From positions 128,001 to 192,000 of the forward strand of contig CAXMWX010000001.1 of NCBI GenBank assembly GCA_963422205.2: a stretch of DNA of 64,000 nt, written 5' to 3'. Position numbers and translations under genes: made by a program. The notes under the pieces are model-generated. The model made no database searches. It saw only the letters and a list, made by a program, of their open reading frames with translations, and was not told the DNA's origin. Positions 12,544 to 23,336 of the stretch are shown here, piece by piece. Each line of letters begins with the position of its first letter. Within the stretch, counting starts at the first letter, position 1. The stretch is from Gammaproteobacteria bacterium. Its GTDB lineage: Bacteria; Pseudomonadota; Gammaproteobacteria; Eutrophobiales; Eutrophobiaceae.

Positions 12544-14085
12544 TTACAGCAACACGATATCATATTGTTCCTGGGAGTATATCGGCTCAACCTGAAACGT
12601 GATCGGTCTGCCAATAAATTCCTCAAGCTCTGCCACGCTGCTGGATTCCTCATCCATCAGCATATCAACGATTTTTTGTGGTGCCACCACCAGCAGTTTC
12701 CGGGCATCAAATTGCCTCACCTCGCGCAATATCTCACGAAAAATCTCGTAGCAGACGGTCTCGGCGGTCTTGATGCTGCCGCGCCCATCGCAGGCCGGGC
12801 AAGGCTCGCAAAGAATATGTTCCAGGCTTTCACGGGTTCGTTTTCGGGTCAGCTGTACCAGCCCAAGTGACGTCAGCTCGCTTATGCTCACCTGGGAATT
12901 ATCCTTCTCGATATATTTTTCCATAGCCCGCAGAACCTGGCGTTTATGTTCCGGCTCCTGCATGTCGATGAAGTCAATGATGATGATGCCGCCAAGGTTG
13001 CGTAGTCGTAACTGTCTGGCGATAGTCTGGGTGGCTTCCAGGTTGGTTTTGTAAATGGTCTCTTCCAGGTTGCGATGGCCGACAAACTTGCCCGTATTGA
13101 CATCGATCGTGGTCATGGCTTCGGTTTGATCGATCATCAGATGACCGCCGGATTTCAGTTGCACTTTTCGGCTCAGGGATTTTTGTAACTCATCTTCGAC
13201 CGAGTAGATATCCAGTATCGGGCGCTCGCCAGGGTAATATTCGATGCGGGAGAGAAACTCCGGGTTAAATTGTTTGCTGAACTCCCTCAGACGTTGATGG
13301 CTTTCCCTGGAGTCGATCCTGACTTTTTCTATCTCATCATGAACCAGATCGCGCATGGTACGCATGAGCAGGGGCAAATCCTCAAACACCAGGGCGGGGG
13401 CGATGGTATTTTTCGCCCTGACAAAGGTGGATTGCCAGAGTTTGTGCAGAAAGTTCATGTCTTTCTGTATTTCCCTGGCGGCTATGCCCTCGGCGGCTGT
13501 GCGGACGATAAACCCGCCTTTGCCCATGCTCTCAACATCGCGCAGGCTGCCGTGCATCACGACTTTGATACCATCAACGGCGGCTAAGTGTTGTATGGTG
13601 GGCTGGTAATCTGCCACCGCTTCTCGTAGCCGTTCGCGCTCTGCCTCTGCTTCAATGCGCTGGGAGATCCCGATGATGCTGTCATCCGGGATATACACCA
13701 GATAGCGTGAGGGGATAGAGATGCGGGTCGTGAGCCGGGCACCTTTGCTGCCCAGCGGGTCCTTCATGACTTGCACCAGGGTTTCCTGACCTTCATGCAG
13801 CAGCGCATCAATATTGTTATGCTGGCTCACCTCCTGGACGATCTCCAGATCTTCTACAGTCTGCCCGATATCGGCGATATGCAGAAAGCCGGCACGTTGC
13901 AGACCGATATCGATAAAAGCCGCCTGCATCCCCGGCAGCACCCGCGATACCTTGCCTTTGTAGATGTTACCGACCAAGCCCCTTTTCTGCGTCCGCTCAA
14001 TGTAGATATCTTGCAGCATCCCGTTTTCAACCACGGCAATGCGCGTCTCATGGGGGGTGACGTTGATTAGGATCTCCTCGCTCAT
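12544..14085 (-). CDS. rng: Ribonuclease G
   Basis: GNIYKGKVSRVLPGMQAAF S1 region, TTIDVNTG, LRNLGGIIIIDFIDM, CPACDGRG, QYDIVLL end. Confidence 0.96.
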   Translation of the reverse strand: MSEEILINVTPHETRIAVVENGMLQDIYIERTQKRGLVGNIYKGKVSRVLPGMQAAFIDIGLQRAGFLHIADIGQTVEDLEIVQEVSQHNNIDALLHEGQETLVQVMKDPLGSKGARLTTRISIPSRYLVYIPDDSIIGISQRIEAEAERERLREAVADYQPTIQHLAAVDGIKVVMHGSLRDVESMGKGGFIVRTAAEGIAAREIQKDMNFLHKLWQSTFVRAKNTIAPALVFEDLPLLMRTMRDLVHDEIEKVRIDSRESHQRLREFSKQFNPEFLSRIEYYPGERPILDIYSVEDELQKSLSRKVQLKSGGHLMIDQTEAMTTIDVNTGKFVGHRNLEETIYKTNLEATQTIARQLRLRNLGGIIIIDFIDMQEPEHKRQVLRAMEKYIEKDNSQVSISELTSLGLVQLTRKRTRESLEHILCEPCPACDGRGSIKTAETVCYEIFREILREVRQFDARKLLVVAPQKIVDMLMDEESSSVAELEEFIGRPITFQVEPIYSQEQYDIVLL

Positions 14086-14202
14086 CAGCAGAGAACTATA
14101 TCATGATGCACAGATCTGATGCTTAACCTTAACACCATATCTGCAACCGGATAAGCAGCCTGACAAATAACGATGATTTATTTTTAGGGCAACGGCCTGT
14201 GG

Positions 14203-14988
14203 CTATTCAATGATCAACACGGACTCATCACCCGCCTCAACATCAAACAACTCATCGTAGTCCTCACTTGGGGGGTTGCCGTCATGCACAAGGAATTTGC
14301 GTCGCTGCAAGAAGGCCTCACGGGTAAACGTATACGGATCAATAGACGCCTCATCGACAAACTCAGACTCATCCAGCAGGTTGGCACGGCTGTTGATCAG
14401 GCTTAATACGGTCAGTGGCAGGAAGCTCAGGCCACCAATGTATGTGATCGGATTGGTTACATAACTGCTGCCATAGTTTGGCACGTTGCGGGCGGTGTTC
14501 AACCCCATAAGCGGTATATTCAAATAAGCCCCTTGGTCAACACCCCAAACGGCCAGGGTTTGACCAAAATCTTCCTCATGCACAGGCAGACCCATGGGGG
14601 TGGCGACATCAAATAACCCTCCAATGCCGACAGTGGTATTGATAATAAAACGCAACAGATCAGAGAAACCGATATTCAGCTTGCCCTGCAGAAAACTGTT
14701 CAACACGACATTTAAGTATCTTAGGTTGTCAAAGAAATTGGTGATAACATCACGCACCGGTTCCGGGGTGATGTGGCGATAGCCCCTGGCAACCGGCCGC
14801 ATGAAATTGCGATCCAGGGAGTCATTAAAATTGTACACCTGGCGGTTTGTCTTCTCATAAGGGTCGTTATTGACTGTTCCGTCCGGGCTTTTGGTCGTCG
14901 CACAACCTGACAGTAATACCGTTGCAATCAGCATCGCTGGCATACACCTTAACCATCCGGCCCGGGCGCCGGCCAGGGTTGTTTTCAT
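14203..14988 (-). CDS. mlaA: VacJ/MlaA family lipoprotein
   Basis: Lipobox LLSGC, DPYEKTNR, NTTVGIGGLFDVA, EDFGQTLAVWG, DPYTFTREAFLQRR. Start at ATG 14988 preferred. Confidence 0.9.
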   Translation of the reverse strand: MKTTLAGARAGWLRCMPAMLIATVLLSGCATTKSPDGTVNNDPYEKTNRQVYNFNDSLDRNFMRPVARGYRHITPEPVRDVITNFFDNLRYLNVVLNSFLQGKLNIGFSDLLRFIINTTVGIGGLFDVATPMGLPVHEEDFGQTLAVWGVDQGAYLNIPLMGLNTARNVPNYGSSYVTNPITYIGGLSFLPLTVLSLINSRANLLDESEFVDEASIDPYTFTREAFLQRRKFLVHDGNPPSEDYDELFDVEAGDESVLIIE

Positions 14989-15061
14989 TCTCTGTCCCTC
15001 ATCGTTATTTTGCAGGCTGTTCATGTTATGCACTGAAGTTATGCGCCGGGCCACAGGCGCA

Positions 15062-15703
15062 TTACTCTACAGGCTTGGTCATCGTCCTGGCGTTTTCCTC
15101 CAGGGCATGAACCTTTGCTGCAAGTTTATCACGCAACACATTGTAACCGTTTTCTTTTAGAACGGAAGTGTATTCGGCTCTTTTCAGCGACAGATCACTG
15201 ACTCCGTTTGCGGTGACATTAATAATCTGCCATTGCCCATGGGTCGGCTGCAACAGATAATCCAGTGTCACAGATGGCTTGCCGGGCCGCCGTAACTCCG
15301 TCTTAACCCGCAAGCGACCGCGTTTTGCCCTCTCCGTGGTATTGATGTGAAATGACTCCCCATCATAGCCGGCGAAACGAGAGGCATAGGTGGCGGTGCT
15401 TAACTGCTGAAACAAGCGGACAAACCCTTCCTGCTGGGCCTCATCCAGCCCAGCCCAGTGACGGCCCAGGACAACCTCTGCTATGCGTCTGGAATTAAAA
15501 TGCGTGGCGATCACAGGCTGCATGATCTTAACCCTGCCATCATAACCCAGAACATCCGCCTGCTGCATGATTTCCAGCAGGGCATTGTGCAGCGTGGTGA
15601 CTGTCAGGTTAGCCGCCTCATTATCTGCCTCGCTATCTGGCAGGGACTGCACCTGACCGGACAGGCAAAGCAAAACAAGCAGCAGGGGTAATGATGGCAG
15701 CAT
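15062..15703 (-). CDS. hpnM: MlaC/Ttg2D-family periplasmic lipid shuttle, HpnM-like by context
   Basis: Signal peptide, VLGRHW, TYASRF, WQIINVTANGVSDLSLKRAEY; lies in hpn cluster. Start uncertain (15703-15763). Confidence 0.8.
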   Translation of the reverse strand: MLPSLPLLLVLLCLSGQVQSLPDSEADNEAANLTVTTLHNALLEIMQQADVLGYDGRVKIMQPVIATHFNSRRIAEVVLGRHWAGLDEAQQEGFVRLFQQLSTATYASRFAGYDGESFHINTTERAKRGRLRVKTELRRPGKPSVTLDYLLQPTHGQWQIINVTANGVSDLSLKRAEYTSVLKENGYNVLRDKLAAKVHALEENARTMTKPVE

Positions 15704-15827
15704 TGAGATTGGCTGGCCGGGCAGGTGCTGTTTAAGGGGCGAAGTAAAAAAAATCATGGGCAAAAATCACGCGTTGTTTTGTATGTGCTGACAAGTTCTG
15801 ACCCGGCTTGTTCAAAAATTATGCCGG

Positions 15828-16964
15828 TCAATAGTGGCGGTCTTTCCAACTTGGGCCCGCCCCGCACCAATAGCGCCAGGCTGAATGCCAGGTCATGAGC
15901 AGATACAGGCAAGCAGATAACGGCAGAGCAAGCGCCCAGACAGGGTGCAACTGGTAGTAACAGACAGTCGGCAGGTAGCTTAACACCATGATGAGCAGGG
16001 GGAGCAATGTGAGGCTGCCCAGGGTGAGATTGCCCAGGGCAAGATTGCCAGGGCCGGGTGCAAACAAGGCCAGCGATAGCACCGGCAGGACAAATGTGCT
16101 GATCATGAGCAGCGTACAAAGCACTAACAGACCGACAGAGCAGCGCAGCTGGGTGAAGGCCGTGCGTGTCACCATAGACCAGATGGCGGTCAGCCGCTCG
16201 TAAGGGCGCCGGCTGATGGCGGCCTGGGTGAGACCTGTCCAGGTGCGGTAGCCGGCCGCCTTGATTTTTCGCGCCAGGCGGCAGTCATCGATGATGGCAT
16301 CCTTGATGGCGGCAAACCCACCGATTTCTATCAGCACTTTTCTGTCAAGCAAAATGCAGCCGCCGGCCGCGGCGGCAATCAGCGGATGGCGTGAATTGGC
16401 CAACTGAAACGGATACAGCAGCTTGAAAAAATAGATAAATGCGGGCAGCAACAGCCGCTCCCAGCCAGAGCGCATGGGCAAAACGGCCATCAGAGAGATA
16501 AGTTGACGTTCTTCAATCTGCATTTTCCGCTTTAAGGCGGCGATTGTCCCGGGCAGCAGTTCAATATCCGCATCAAGTAACAACAGCTTGTCTGTTTCTG
16601 CAAGGTTAAGGCCATGCTGCAAGGCCCATAATTTTCCAGTCCACCCCCGGGGCAGCTTCGGGCTGTTGATGATGGTCAGGTTTTCAAGGTGCAGTGCTTC
16701 GGCGGTGGCGACTGTGGTGTCGGTGGACTCATCGTTAATCAGAACCATGTTAAGGCCGTGGCCTTGTTGTGACAGGGCGGTCAAGGTGGTGGCGATACAG
16801 TCAGCCTCATTGCGTGCCGGTATGAGGGCGGTGATGTCAGACAGATCGGGCATGCTCCCTGCCATCGCCTTGAGCGTCTCGCCAATGCGCCAGGGCTGCC
16901 ACGGCAGAGCGATGATGACAGACCATAGCATCGCCCCTGGCAAGGCCAGCCAGCCTGTATCCAT
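15828..16964 (-). CDS. hpnB: Hopanoid-associated GT2 glycosyltransferase HpnB
   Basis: IPARNEA, DESTD, GWTGKLWAL, LLDAD, AAAGGCIL, AIIDDCRLA, C-terminal G.SWKDR; overlaps the hpnH stop. Confidence 0.88.
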   Translation of the reverse strand: MDTGWLALPGAMLWSVIIALPWQPWRIGETLKAMAGSMPDLSDITALIPARNEADCIATTLTALSQQGHGLNMVLINDESTDTTVATAEALHLENLTIINSPKLPRGWTGKLWALQHGLNLAETDKLLLLDADIELLPGTIAALKRKMQIEERQLISLMAVLPMRSGWERLLLPAFIYFFKLLYPFQLANSRHPLIAAAAGGCILLDRKVLIEIGGFAAIKDAIIDDCRLARKIKAAGYRTWTGLTQAAISRRPYERLTAIWSMVTRTAFTQLRCSVGLLVLCTLLMISTFVLPVLSLALFAPGPGNLALGNLTLGSLTLLPLLIMVLSYLPTVCYYQLHPVWALALPLSACLYLLMTWHSAWRYWCGAGPSWKDRHY

Positions 16965-18142
16965 CAGGCGGCGTGTTTGTTATCGGTATCCCTGGTGCGG
17001 CTACAGCCTGTGGCTGGCCTGGTCCTGGCGACAGGGCCGGGCCGGGTGGGCGTTCCGGGGGGCGCATCCGCATACATGACGGGCAATTCAGGTGCCATCG
17101 GGCCGTCTGTTTTCGGGCCAAAGACAGCCACTTTTAACGCCTTGAGTGGATGCCTTAAAGTGTCATTGACCGCACTGGCCTCATAGCCGCTGTGTACCAT
17201 GCAGTTAGCACATTTGGGATTGCGCCCGCTGCCGTAATTATCCCAGTCTGTCTCTTCAATCAGGCTTTTATAGCTTGGTGCATAGCCCTCGCCGACCAGT
17301 AAATAACAGGGTTTCTGCCAGCCGAACACATTGCGCGTGGGGTTGCCCCAGGGCGTACACTGGTAACTCTGGTTGCCGGCCAGAAAGTCCAGATACAGCG
17401 AAGACTGATTAAATACCCAGCGCTTTTTGGCGCCCAGCACCCAGCGCTTTTTGGCGCCCAGCTTGAACAGATCACGGAACAGCTGCTTACTCTCCTTGCG
17501 CTTTAAGAACACATCCTGACGGGGCGCCCGCTCATAACTGTAGCCGGGCGAGATGGTCACGCCTTCAATCCCCAGTCCGCTCGCCATGTCCATAAAATCA
17601 GCAATCTCCTCAGCCGACTCCCCCTGAAATAGGGTGCAGTTGATGGTCACACGAAAGCCCCTCTGGCGGGCACGTTTGATGACGGCAACGCATTTATCGA
17701 ACACACCTTCCCGACAGACCGAGGCATCATGGCGCTCACGGTTGCCGTCCAGATGGATAGAGAAGGTGAGGTAACTTGACGGCTGGTAGTCATCAAGATG
17801 GCGCTCAAGCAGCAAGGCGTTGGTGCATAAATAGACGAATTTTTTCCTGGCAATGAAGCCGCTGACAATCTTTGGCATTTGCTTGTGGATCAGCGGCTCA
17901 CCGCCGGCAATGGACACAACCGGCGCCCCACATTCATCAATCGCCTGCATACAGTCATCATAATCAAGGCGTTTGTTGAGGATCTCCTCCGGGTAGTCTA
18001 TCTTGCCACAACCTGCACAGGCCAGATTGCAGCGGAACAGCGGCTCCAGCATGAGCACGAGCGGGTATTTGCTCTCCCTTTTCAATTTCTTGCCGATGAG
18101 GTAGGTGGCGATCTTAAACTGTTGGATTAATGGTACAGCCAT
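16964..18142 (-). CDS. hpnH: Adenosyl-hopene transferase (radical SAM) HpnH
   Basis: YPLVLMLEPLFRCNLACAGCGKI (CxxxCxxC), CTPWGNPTRNVFGWQKPCYLL, KCANCMVHSGYE; ATG 18142 with GGAG RBS. Confidence 0.95.
   Translation of the reverse strand: MAVPLIQQFKIATYLIGKKLKRESKYPLVLMLEPLFRCNLACAGCGKIDYPEEILNKRLDYDDCMQAIDECGAPVVSIAGGEPLIHKQMPKIVSGFIARKKFVYLCTNALLLERHLDDYQPSSYLTFSIHLDGNRERHDASVCREGVFDKCVAVIKRARQRGFRVTINCTLFQGESAEEIADFMDMASGLGIEGVTISPGYSYERAPRQDVFLKRKESKQLFRDLFKLGAKKRWVLGAKKRWVFNQSSLYLDFLAGNQSYQCTPWGNPTRNVFGWQKPCYLLVGEGYAPSYKSLIEETDWDNYGSGRNPKCANCMVHSGYEASAVNDTLRHPLKALKVAVFGPKTDGPMAPELPVMYADAPPGTPTRPGPVARTRPATGCSRTRDTDNKHAA
17415..17462. repeat. Perfect 24-bp tandem duplication inside hpnH
   Basis: ACCCAGCGCTTTTTGGCGCCCAGC x2, giving LGAKKRWV-LGAKKRWV. 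Confidence 0.95.
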
Positions 18143-18350
18143 CTGGGTTACTCCAATGTCAGCTTGGAATGCAGGCGATTTCAAGGCACTTAACAGCGGC
18201 CTTGAAAAATTCCGGTTATTAACGATGGATTAATGATAAATCAGTGATAAATTAACAGCATAGCCATGATAATACAAACCTGACATGTATGGCTATCAGT
18301 TTTAAAAGTCTACGATGTTGTTTTATTGCAAAAAACACGGGCTTCTCATC

Positions 18351-18379
18351 TTGCAAGCATCGCCCGGGCTATTCATAAT
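18351..18379 (+). promoter_or_regulatory. Candidate sigma70 promoter for dxs
   Basis: TTGCAA-17 bp-CATAAT. Confidence 0.55.
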
Positions 18380-18519
18380 AGCGTAATTTTTGCACAGCAG
18401 GCAGTGACTGGCATGGCCCCATCAACACGGCCGCTATACCTCAAGGCAGGCCAGCCAGTGCTGATCTTTTGCAATGGCGGAGTTTAAGTTCAAGGCAATA
18501 ACAACAGCCAAATAACAAC

Positions 18520-20469
18520 ATGTCCGATACGATGATAACACCGCTGCTGGATACGATTGATTCTCCTGCTGATCTCAGAGAATTGCCGGAATCGAAACTT
18601 GTGTCCCTTGCCGGTGAAATACGTGCCTGCCTGCTGCACTGGGCCAGTAATAACAGCGGTCATTTCGCCGCCAGCCTGGGTGCGGTCGAGTTGACCATCG
18701 CCCTGCATTACATCTTCAATACGCCGGAGGATCGTCTGGTATGGGATGTGGGCCACCAAGCCTACGGCCACAAGATCCTTACCGGCAGACGTGGCCGCCT
18801 GCACAGCATTCGCAAGCAAGGCGGGCTGGCACCTTTCCCCAGGCGTGAGGAGAGCGACTACGATGCGTTTGGTGTGGGACACTCCAGCACGTCAATCGCC
18901 GCCGCCCTGGGCATGGCGATAGCCGCCCAGCGTCTGGGCAGCCAGCGTAAGGCTGTTGCTATCATAGGCGATGGCGGCATGACCGCGGGCATGGCCTTTG
19001 AGGCGCTTAACCATGCTGGGGATACGGGCAGTAATCTGCTGGTTATCCTGAACGATAACAACATGTCAATTTCACCGAATGTCGGTGCCTTATCAAACCG
19101 TTTCGCCAGGATACTGTCGGGCAGGCTCTATACCAGTGTGCGGGAGAGAGGCAGAAAAGTCCTGGCTAACATGCCCTCGGTCTGGGAAGTGGCAAAACGG
19201 GCTGAAGAGCATATCAAGGGCCTGATCGTCCCCGGCGTCTTGTTTGAGGAGTTTGGCTTTAACTATATCGGGCCAATAGACGGCCATCACCTGCCTACCC
19301 TGCTGGAGACCATCCGTAACGTCAAGCAGCTTGACGGGCCGCAGTTTCTGCACGTTATCACCCGCAAGGGCAAGGGCTATGGCCCGGCGGAGGATGATCC
19401 GGTGAAGTATCATGCGGTCAGCAGGCCGTTTGATCTTGAGACCGGCATGGTGACAGGCACCAAAAGCAAGCCATCCGGCGTAACGTACAGCGAGATTTTC
19501 GGCGACTGGGTGTGTGATATGGCCGAGCGTGATCCTCGGCTGGTGGCTATCACCCCGGCCATGCGTGAAGGCTCCGGCCTGGTCGGGTTTGCACAAAAAT
19601 TCCCCGACCGGTATTTCGATGTGGCGATCGCCGAGCAACACAGCGTTGCGGTCGCAGCGGGCATGGCATGTGATGGGCTGAAGCCAGTGGTGGCGATCTA
19701 TTCCACTTTTCTGCAACGGGCCTATGATCAGGTGATCCATGATGTGATCGCACAGAAGCTGCCGGTGTTGTTCGCTATCGATCGGGCCGGCCTGGTGGGG
19801 GCGGACGGGCCAACACATAACGGCGCTTATGACTTGAGTTTCCTGCGCTGTCTGCCCGATATCGTCATCATGGCCCCGGCCGATGAGAACGAATGCCGGC
19901 AGATGCTCTATACCGGCTTTACCCTGGATCAACCGGCGGCCGTGCGCTATCCGCGCGGGGTCGGCCCGGGTGTGCAAGTGCAACAAGAGATGACACCGAT
20001 CCCGGTCGGCAGGGCCGAGCTAAGGCGTCAGGGCCGGGGCGTTGCCATACTCTCCTTCGGCGCCATGTTGTTACCGGCGCTGTCGGCGGCGGAGAAGCTG
20101 GATGCCACGGTGGTCAACATGCGGTTTGTCAAGCCACTGGATCGGGGCATGATTGCACAGGTGGCACAGCAGCATGAATTGCTGGTGACCATTGAAGAGA
20201 ACATGGTGCAGGGCGGTGCTGGCAGTGCCGTGAATGAGTTGTTATCCGAGCTGGGGATCACGCCGCGGATTATCCACTACGGCCTGCCTGATCGACAGAT
20301 TCAGCATGGCTCACAGCAGGACATGCTGGCAGATGCCGGCTTGACCGCCGCTGGCCTGCTGGCGTTTATCCAGGATCATCTCTCTGCTGCACGCATCACC
20401 ACCGCCCGTGGCAAACAAGACTATCCCGACCGGCGTACAGGCCGGGCGGCTGTGAGGGCCTTGAATTAA
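18520..20469 (+). CDS. dxs: 1-deoxy-D-xylulose-5-phosphate synthase
   Basis: [53 protein letters not shown]. Confidence 0.97.
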   Translation: MSDTMITPLLDTIDSPADLRELPESKLVSLAGEIRACLLHWASNNSGHFAASLGAVELTIALHYIFNTPEDRLVWDVGHQAYGHKILTGRRGRLHSIRKQGGLAPFPRREESDYDAFGVGHSSTSIAAALGMAIAAQRLGSQRKAVAIIGDGGMTAGMAFEALNHAGDTGSNLLVILNDNNMSISPNVGALSNRFARILSGRLYTSVRERGRKVLANMPSVWEVAKRAEEHIKGLIVPGVLFEEFGFNYIGPIDGHHLPTLLETIRNVKQLDGPQFLHVITRKGKGYGPAEDDPVKYHAVSRPFDLETGMVTGTKSKPSGVTYSEIFGDWVCDMAERDPRLVAITPAMREGSGLVGFAQKFPDRYFDVAIAEQHSVAVAAGMACDGLKPVVAIYSTFLQRAYDQVIHDVIAQKLPVLFAIDRAGLVGADGPTHNGAYDLSFLRCLPDIVIMAPADENECRQMLYTGFTLDQPAAVRYPRGVGPGVQVQQEMTPIPVGRAELRRQGRGVAILSFGAMLLPALSAAEKLDATVVNMRFVKPLDRGMIAQVAQQHELLVTIEENMVQGGAGSAVNELLSELGITPRIIHYGLPDRQIQHGSQQDMLADAGLTAAGLLAFIQDHLSAARITTARGKQDYPDRRTGRAAVRALN

Positions 20470-20484
20470 GCTGGCGCTGTCTTG

Positions 20485-21642
20485 TCAGGTCAATCGGCCA
20501 AAAGCAAATTGTTGCCTCAACCTGTCTAACACCGCCGCTGGCGATACCGCCGGTCTTGGCAGCGGATCGACGGTGCCAGCTAAGGTTCTTATATGTGCAA
20601 AGCGCGCCCCCTTGACACCAGTCGGCTCAAATACCTGCCCCAGCACATCAAGGCGGCTGCCGCTGATCGCCATGCCATACCCACAGGCATGGGCAATGTC
20701 GGCAAAGCGCACGTTGGCCGATACGGTGGCCTGGGCGCCGGTGGAGTCATGCACCCCGTTATCCAGCAGCAGGTGGATCAGGTTGTCCGGGCCATAGCTG
20801 CCTACCGTTGCCAGATTACCCATACGCATCAACGCCGCCCCGTCACCATCAATGACGACAATGCGGATATCCGGTCGTGCCCTGGCAAGCCCCAGACCCA
20901 GGGCGGAGGCACACCCCATCGAGCCGACCATGTAGATATGGTTTGCCCGGTCTGCCAGTGCGAATAACTCCCGGCTGGTGTAGCCGGTGGTGGCGATGAG
21001 GATGGATTGATTCTCCGGGGTATGGTGCAACAGTTGCTCAAGCACCTGGTGCCGCGTTAATTGCGGATTGCCGGCATCAACATGGCGCAGCAGGCGGTCT
21101 GTCTGGTGGCGATCAGGGATGGTCTGTTGCGTCAGTTCACAGGCCGCCGCCGTGTTTTTTTGCATGATAAAGGCATAGGGGCGGGAGTCGGTCTGCATGG
21201 ACGTCAGCGCACGTGCCAGCGCCGGGGCGATGGCATCAGTCTCGGTCGGGAAGCCTTCCCATCGGATCTGCATCAGATCAAACAGCGCCGTGGTCATTGC
21301 ACCCATCAGGGCATGTTGGGGTTCGTCTGTTATCCCCGGCGCTCCCCGGTGCGTGGTGATGATGAGCAAGGGCAGCTTGAAAATATGCGTCAGCGAGGTC
21401 AGCGGATTCACCGCATTACCCAAACCTGAGTTTTGCATCAGCGCTACGGCGCCCTGGCCGGCAATGGCAAAACCGGCGGCAGTGGCGATCGCATCGCCCT
21501 CATTGACGGCCGAGATGTAGTTTAGATCATCGGCCGAGATCACATAATTGATGAACGGGGTGAGGTGCGAGCAGGGTACGCCGCAATAATGGATCAACCC
21601 GGCAGCCTGTGCCTGCTTGATGAAGGTAGCGGCCTCAATCAT
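20485..21642 (-). CDS. aepY: Phosphonopyruvate decarboxylase
   Basis: GVPCSHL, NEGDA, MQNSGLGNAVNPLTSL, DEPQH, MVGSMGCA, DGDGAALM, HDSTGAQ. Confidence 0.95.
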   Translation of the reverse strand: MIEAATFIKQAQAAGLIHYCGVPCSHLTPFINYVISADDLNYISAVNEGDAIATAAGFAIAGQGAVALMQNSGLGNAVNPLTSLTHIFKLPLLIITTHRGAPGITDEPQHALMGAMTTALFDLMQIRWEGFPTETDAIAPALARALTSMQTDSRPYAFIMQKNTAAACELTQQTIPDRHQTDRLLRHVDAGNPQLTRHQVLEQLLHHTPENQSILIATTGYTSRELFALADRANHIYMVGSMGCASALGLGLARARPDIRIVVIDGDGAALMRMGNLATVGSYGPDNLIHLLLDNGVHDSTGAQATVSANVRFADIAHACGYGMAISGSRLDVLGQVFEPTGVKGARFAHIRTLAGTVDPLPRPAVSPAAVLDRLRQQFAFGRLT

Positions 21643-21656
21643 GCGGCAGATCGTGA

Positions 21657-23336
21657 TCAGGACTGGCCGTGGGTAAAGTCGGCTGCCTTGTCAAGATCAT
21701 CGAGCGTGTTCACATCCAGCCAGTGACCGTTGATGTAATGCACATTGACCGTCTTGCCGCCAGCCAGCAGGTGGTTGATGAGATCAGGCAGGCTGAGTTG
21801 CCGATAATCCGGCTGTTGTTGCAGCTCGGCTATCGCGGCTTCGATCTGCGCTCTGCCAGTGGCGTTGACCTTGAGCATGCCTATCCAGCGGCCTGAAGGC
21901 TCGCCGCTGTCCAGTTTTTTCCTCTCGGCAATGTGTTTGAGTGTCACCTCGGCCATGAATAATGCGCGGTCATCTTCCTGGCTGCAATAGGCATAATCCG
22001 GCGGGTCGCTGACGGGGACATGCCGGGCGGAATCAACCACGATGACGATATCGCCCGTACTTTCCAGCAGGTCGCGCAGGATATAACCACGAAATAACAG
22101 ATCGCCATAGGTGATGATCATATCATCGGTGAATTTGTCCAGCGCCGAGGCCAGGCTCACCAATTCGCCCGTGTCCTGATAATCTTCATTAATGCACAGA
22201 TCAAACCCCGCCGCGGCCAGCTTTTCTGCCTTATAGCCGGCTATCACGGTAACCGCCGTGACAGATTGTTCTCTGAACTCATCAACCAGCCGCCTGATCA
22301 ACGGCACGCCGCCGATGGTCAGCATGGCCTTGGGGCGATCTTCGGTCAGCTCATAAAGAGAATGACCGCGGCTGGCGGCAAGCACCAGTGCCTGTGTTTC
22401 GGTGGCCGGGTTGAGATAGCGCTCCTGGGCGCGGCGTAACTCATCTGCCCCCTGTAGTGCAAAGATGTGATCAACGCTGGCGATCTGATCTTCAATACCG
22501 GTTAATGATTGCTCGGCCATGATCTGCTGGCTGATGCTCTCCATGCTTTCAATCGAACTGCGGATCATGTGATTGGCCCAGATCACCAGGCTGATCCCCG
22601 CCTTGCGAAAGACCGCGGTTGGGGTGCTGTAGTACTTGGTCGGCACGATGACAACAGGGCAGCGATTATCCCAGGCGTTGGCGAAGGCGATGATCTCATC
22701 CGGGCGCGAGCGCTTGCTGTGGATCAGGATCGCATCGGCACCGGCCTGATGATACGCCTCGGCCCGGCGCAGTGCCTCGGCCAGGCCCCAGCCGGCGATC
22801 AACGCTTCGATACGCGCCACGATGCAAAAATCATCATCACGCTGGCTGTCTTTGCCAGCCTTGATCTTGCCGCAAAACTCATCGATGTCGGCCAATGGTT
22901 GTCGCTTGCCATCGATGAAGCTGTTGGTCTTGGGAAACAGTTTGTCCTCTATGCACACCCCGGCAATATGGCGCTGTTCCAGCTTGCACACTAGCCGCCG
23001 CATGTTATTGAAATTGCCATAACCGGTATCGCCATCCAGCAGGATCGGGATGCTGGTGGCATCGGACATGAACTCCAGCATGTCGATGATCTGTGTCCAG
23101 CTGGCCTCGTTGCTGTCACGCACACCGAACTGGGCCGACAGCGCCAGGCCGCTGGCCCAGATCCCCTTAAAGCCGGTGCGCTCTACAATTTTTGCCGATA
23201 TGCCATTGTGTGCTTCCAGGATAAATTCCAACTCCTGTGAGGCGAGCAAGGCATGTAACCGGGCTGATCTCGATAATTCGGGCGGCCGGGTTTTCCTGGT
23301 CTTGTCGGGTATATGATTAGAGACAGGATCAGGCAT
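21657..23336 (-). CDS. aepX: Phosphoenolpyruvate mutase fused to a C-terminal nucleotidyltransferase (PntC-like)
   Basis: PepM signature [10 protein letters not shown] (EDK-X5-NS), [15 protein letters not shown]; C-terminal LAASRG...RPKAML...YGD NTP-transferase domain. ATG 23336 overlaps the upstream stop. Confidence 0.95.
   Translation of the reverse strand: MPDPVSNHIPDKTRKTRPPELSRSARLHALLASQELEFILEAHNGISAKIVERTGFKGIWASGLALSAQFGVRDSNEASWTQIIDMLEFMSDATSIPILLDGDTGYGNFNNMRRLVCKLEQRHIAGVCIEDKLFPKTNSFIDGKRQPLADIDEFCGKIKAGKDSQRDDDFCIVARIEALIAGWGLAEALRRAEAYHQAGADAILIHSKRSRPDEIIAFANAWDNRCPVVIVPTKYYSTPTAVFRKAGISLVIWANHMIRSSIESMESISQQIMAEQSLTGIEDQIASVDHIFALQGADELRRAQERYLNPATETQALVLAASRGHSLYELTEDRPKAMLTIGGVPLIRRLVDEFREQSVTAVTVIAGYKAEKLAAAGFDLCINEDYQDTGELVSLASALDKFTDDMIITYGDLLFRGYILRDLLESTGDIVIVVDSARHVPVSDPPDYAYCSQEDDRALFMAEVTLKHIAERKKLDSGEPSGRWIGMLKVNATGRAQIEAAIAELQQQPDYRQLSLPDLINHLLAGGKTVNVHYINGHWLDVNTLDDLDKAADFTHGQS

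Noticed and set aside
18260-18296. ATAGCCAT-N21-ATGGCTAT inverted repeat between hpnH and dxs
   Set aside because: Single 8-bp arm pair with no known regulator match; could be chance.
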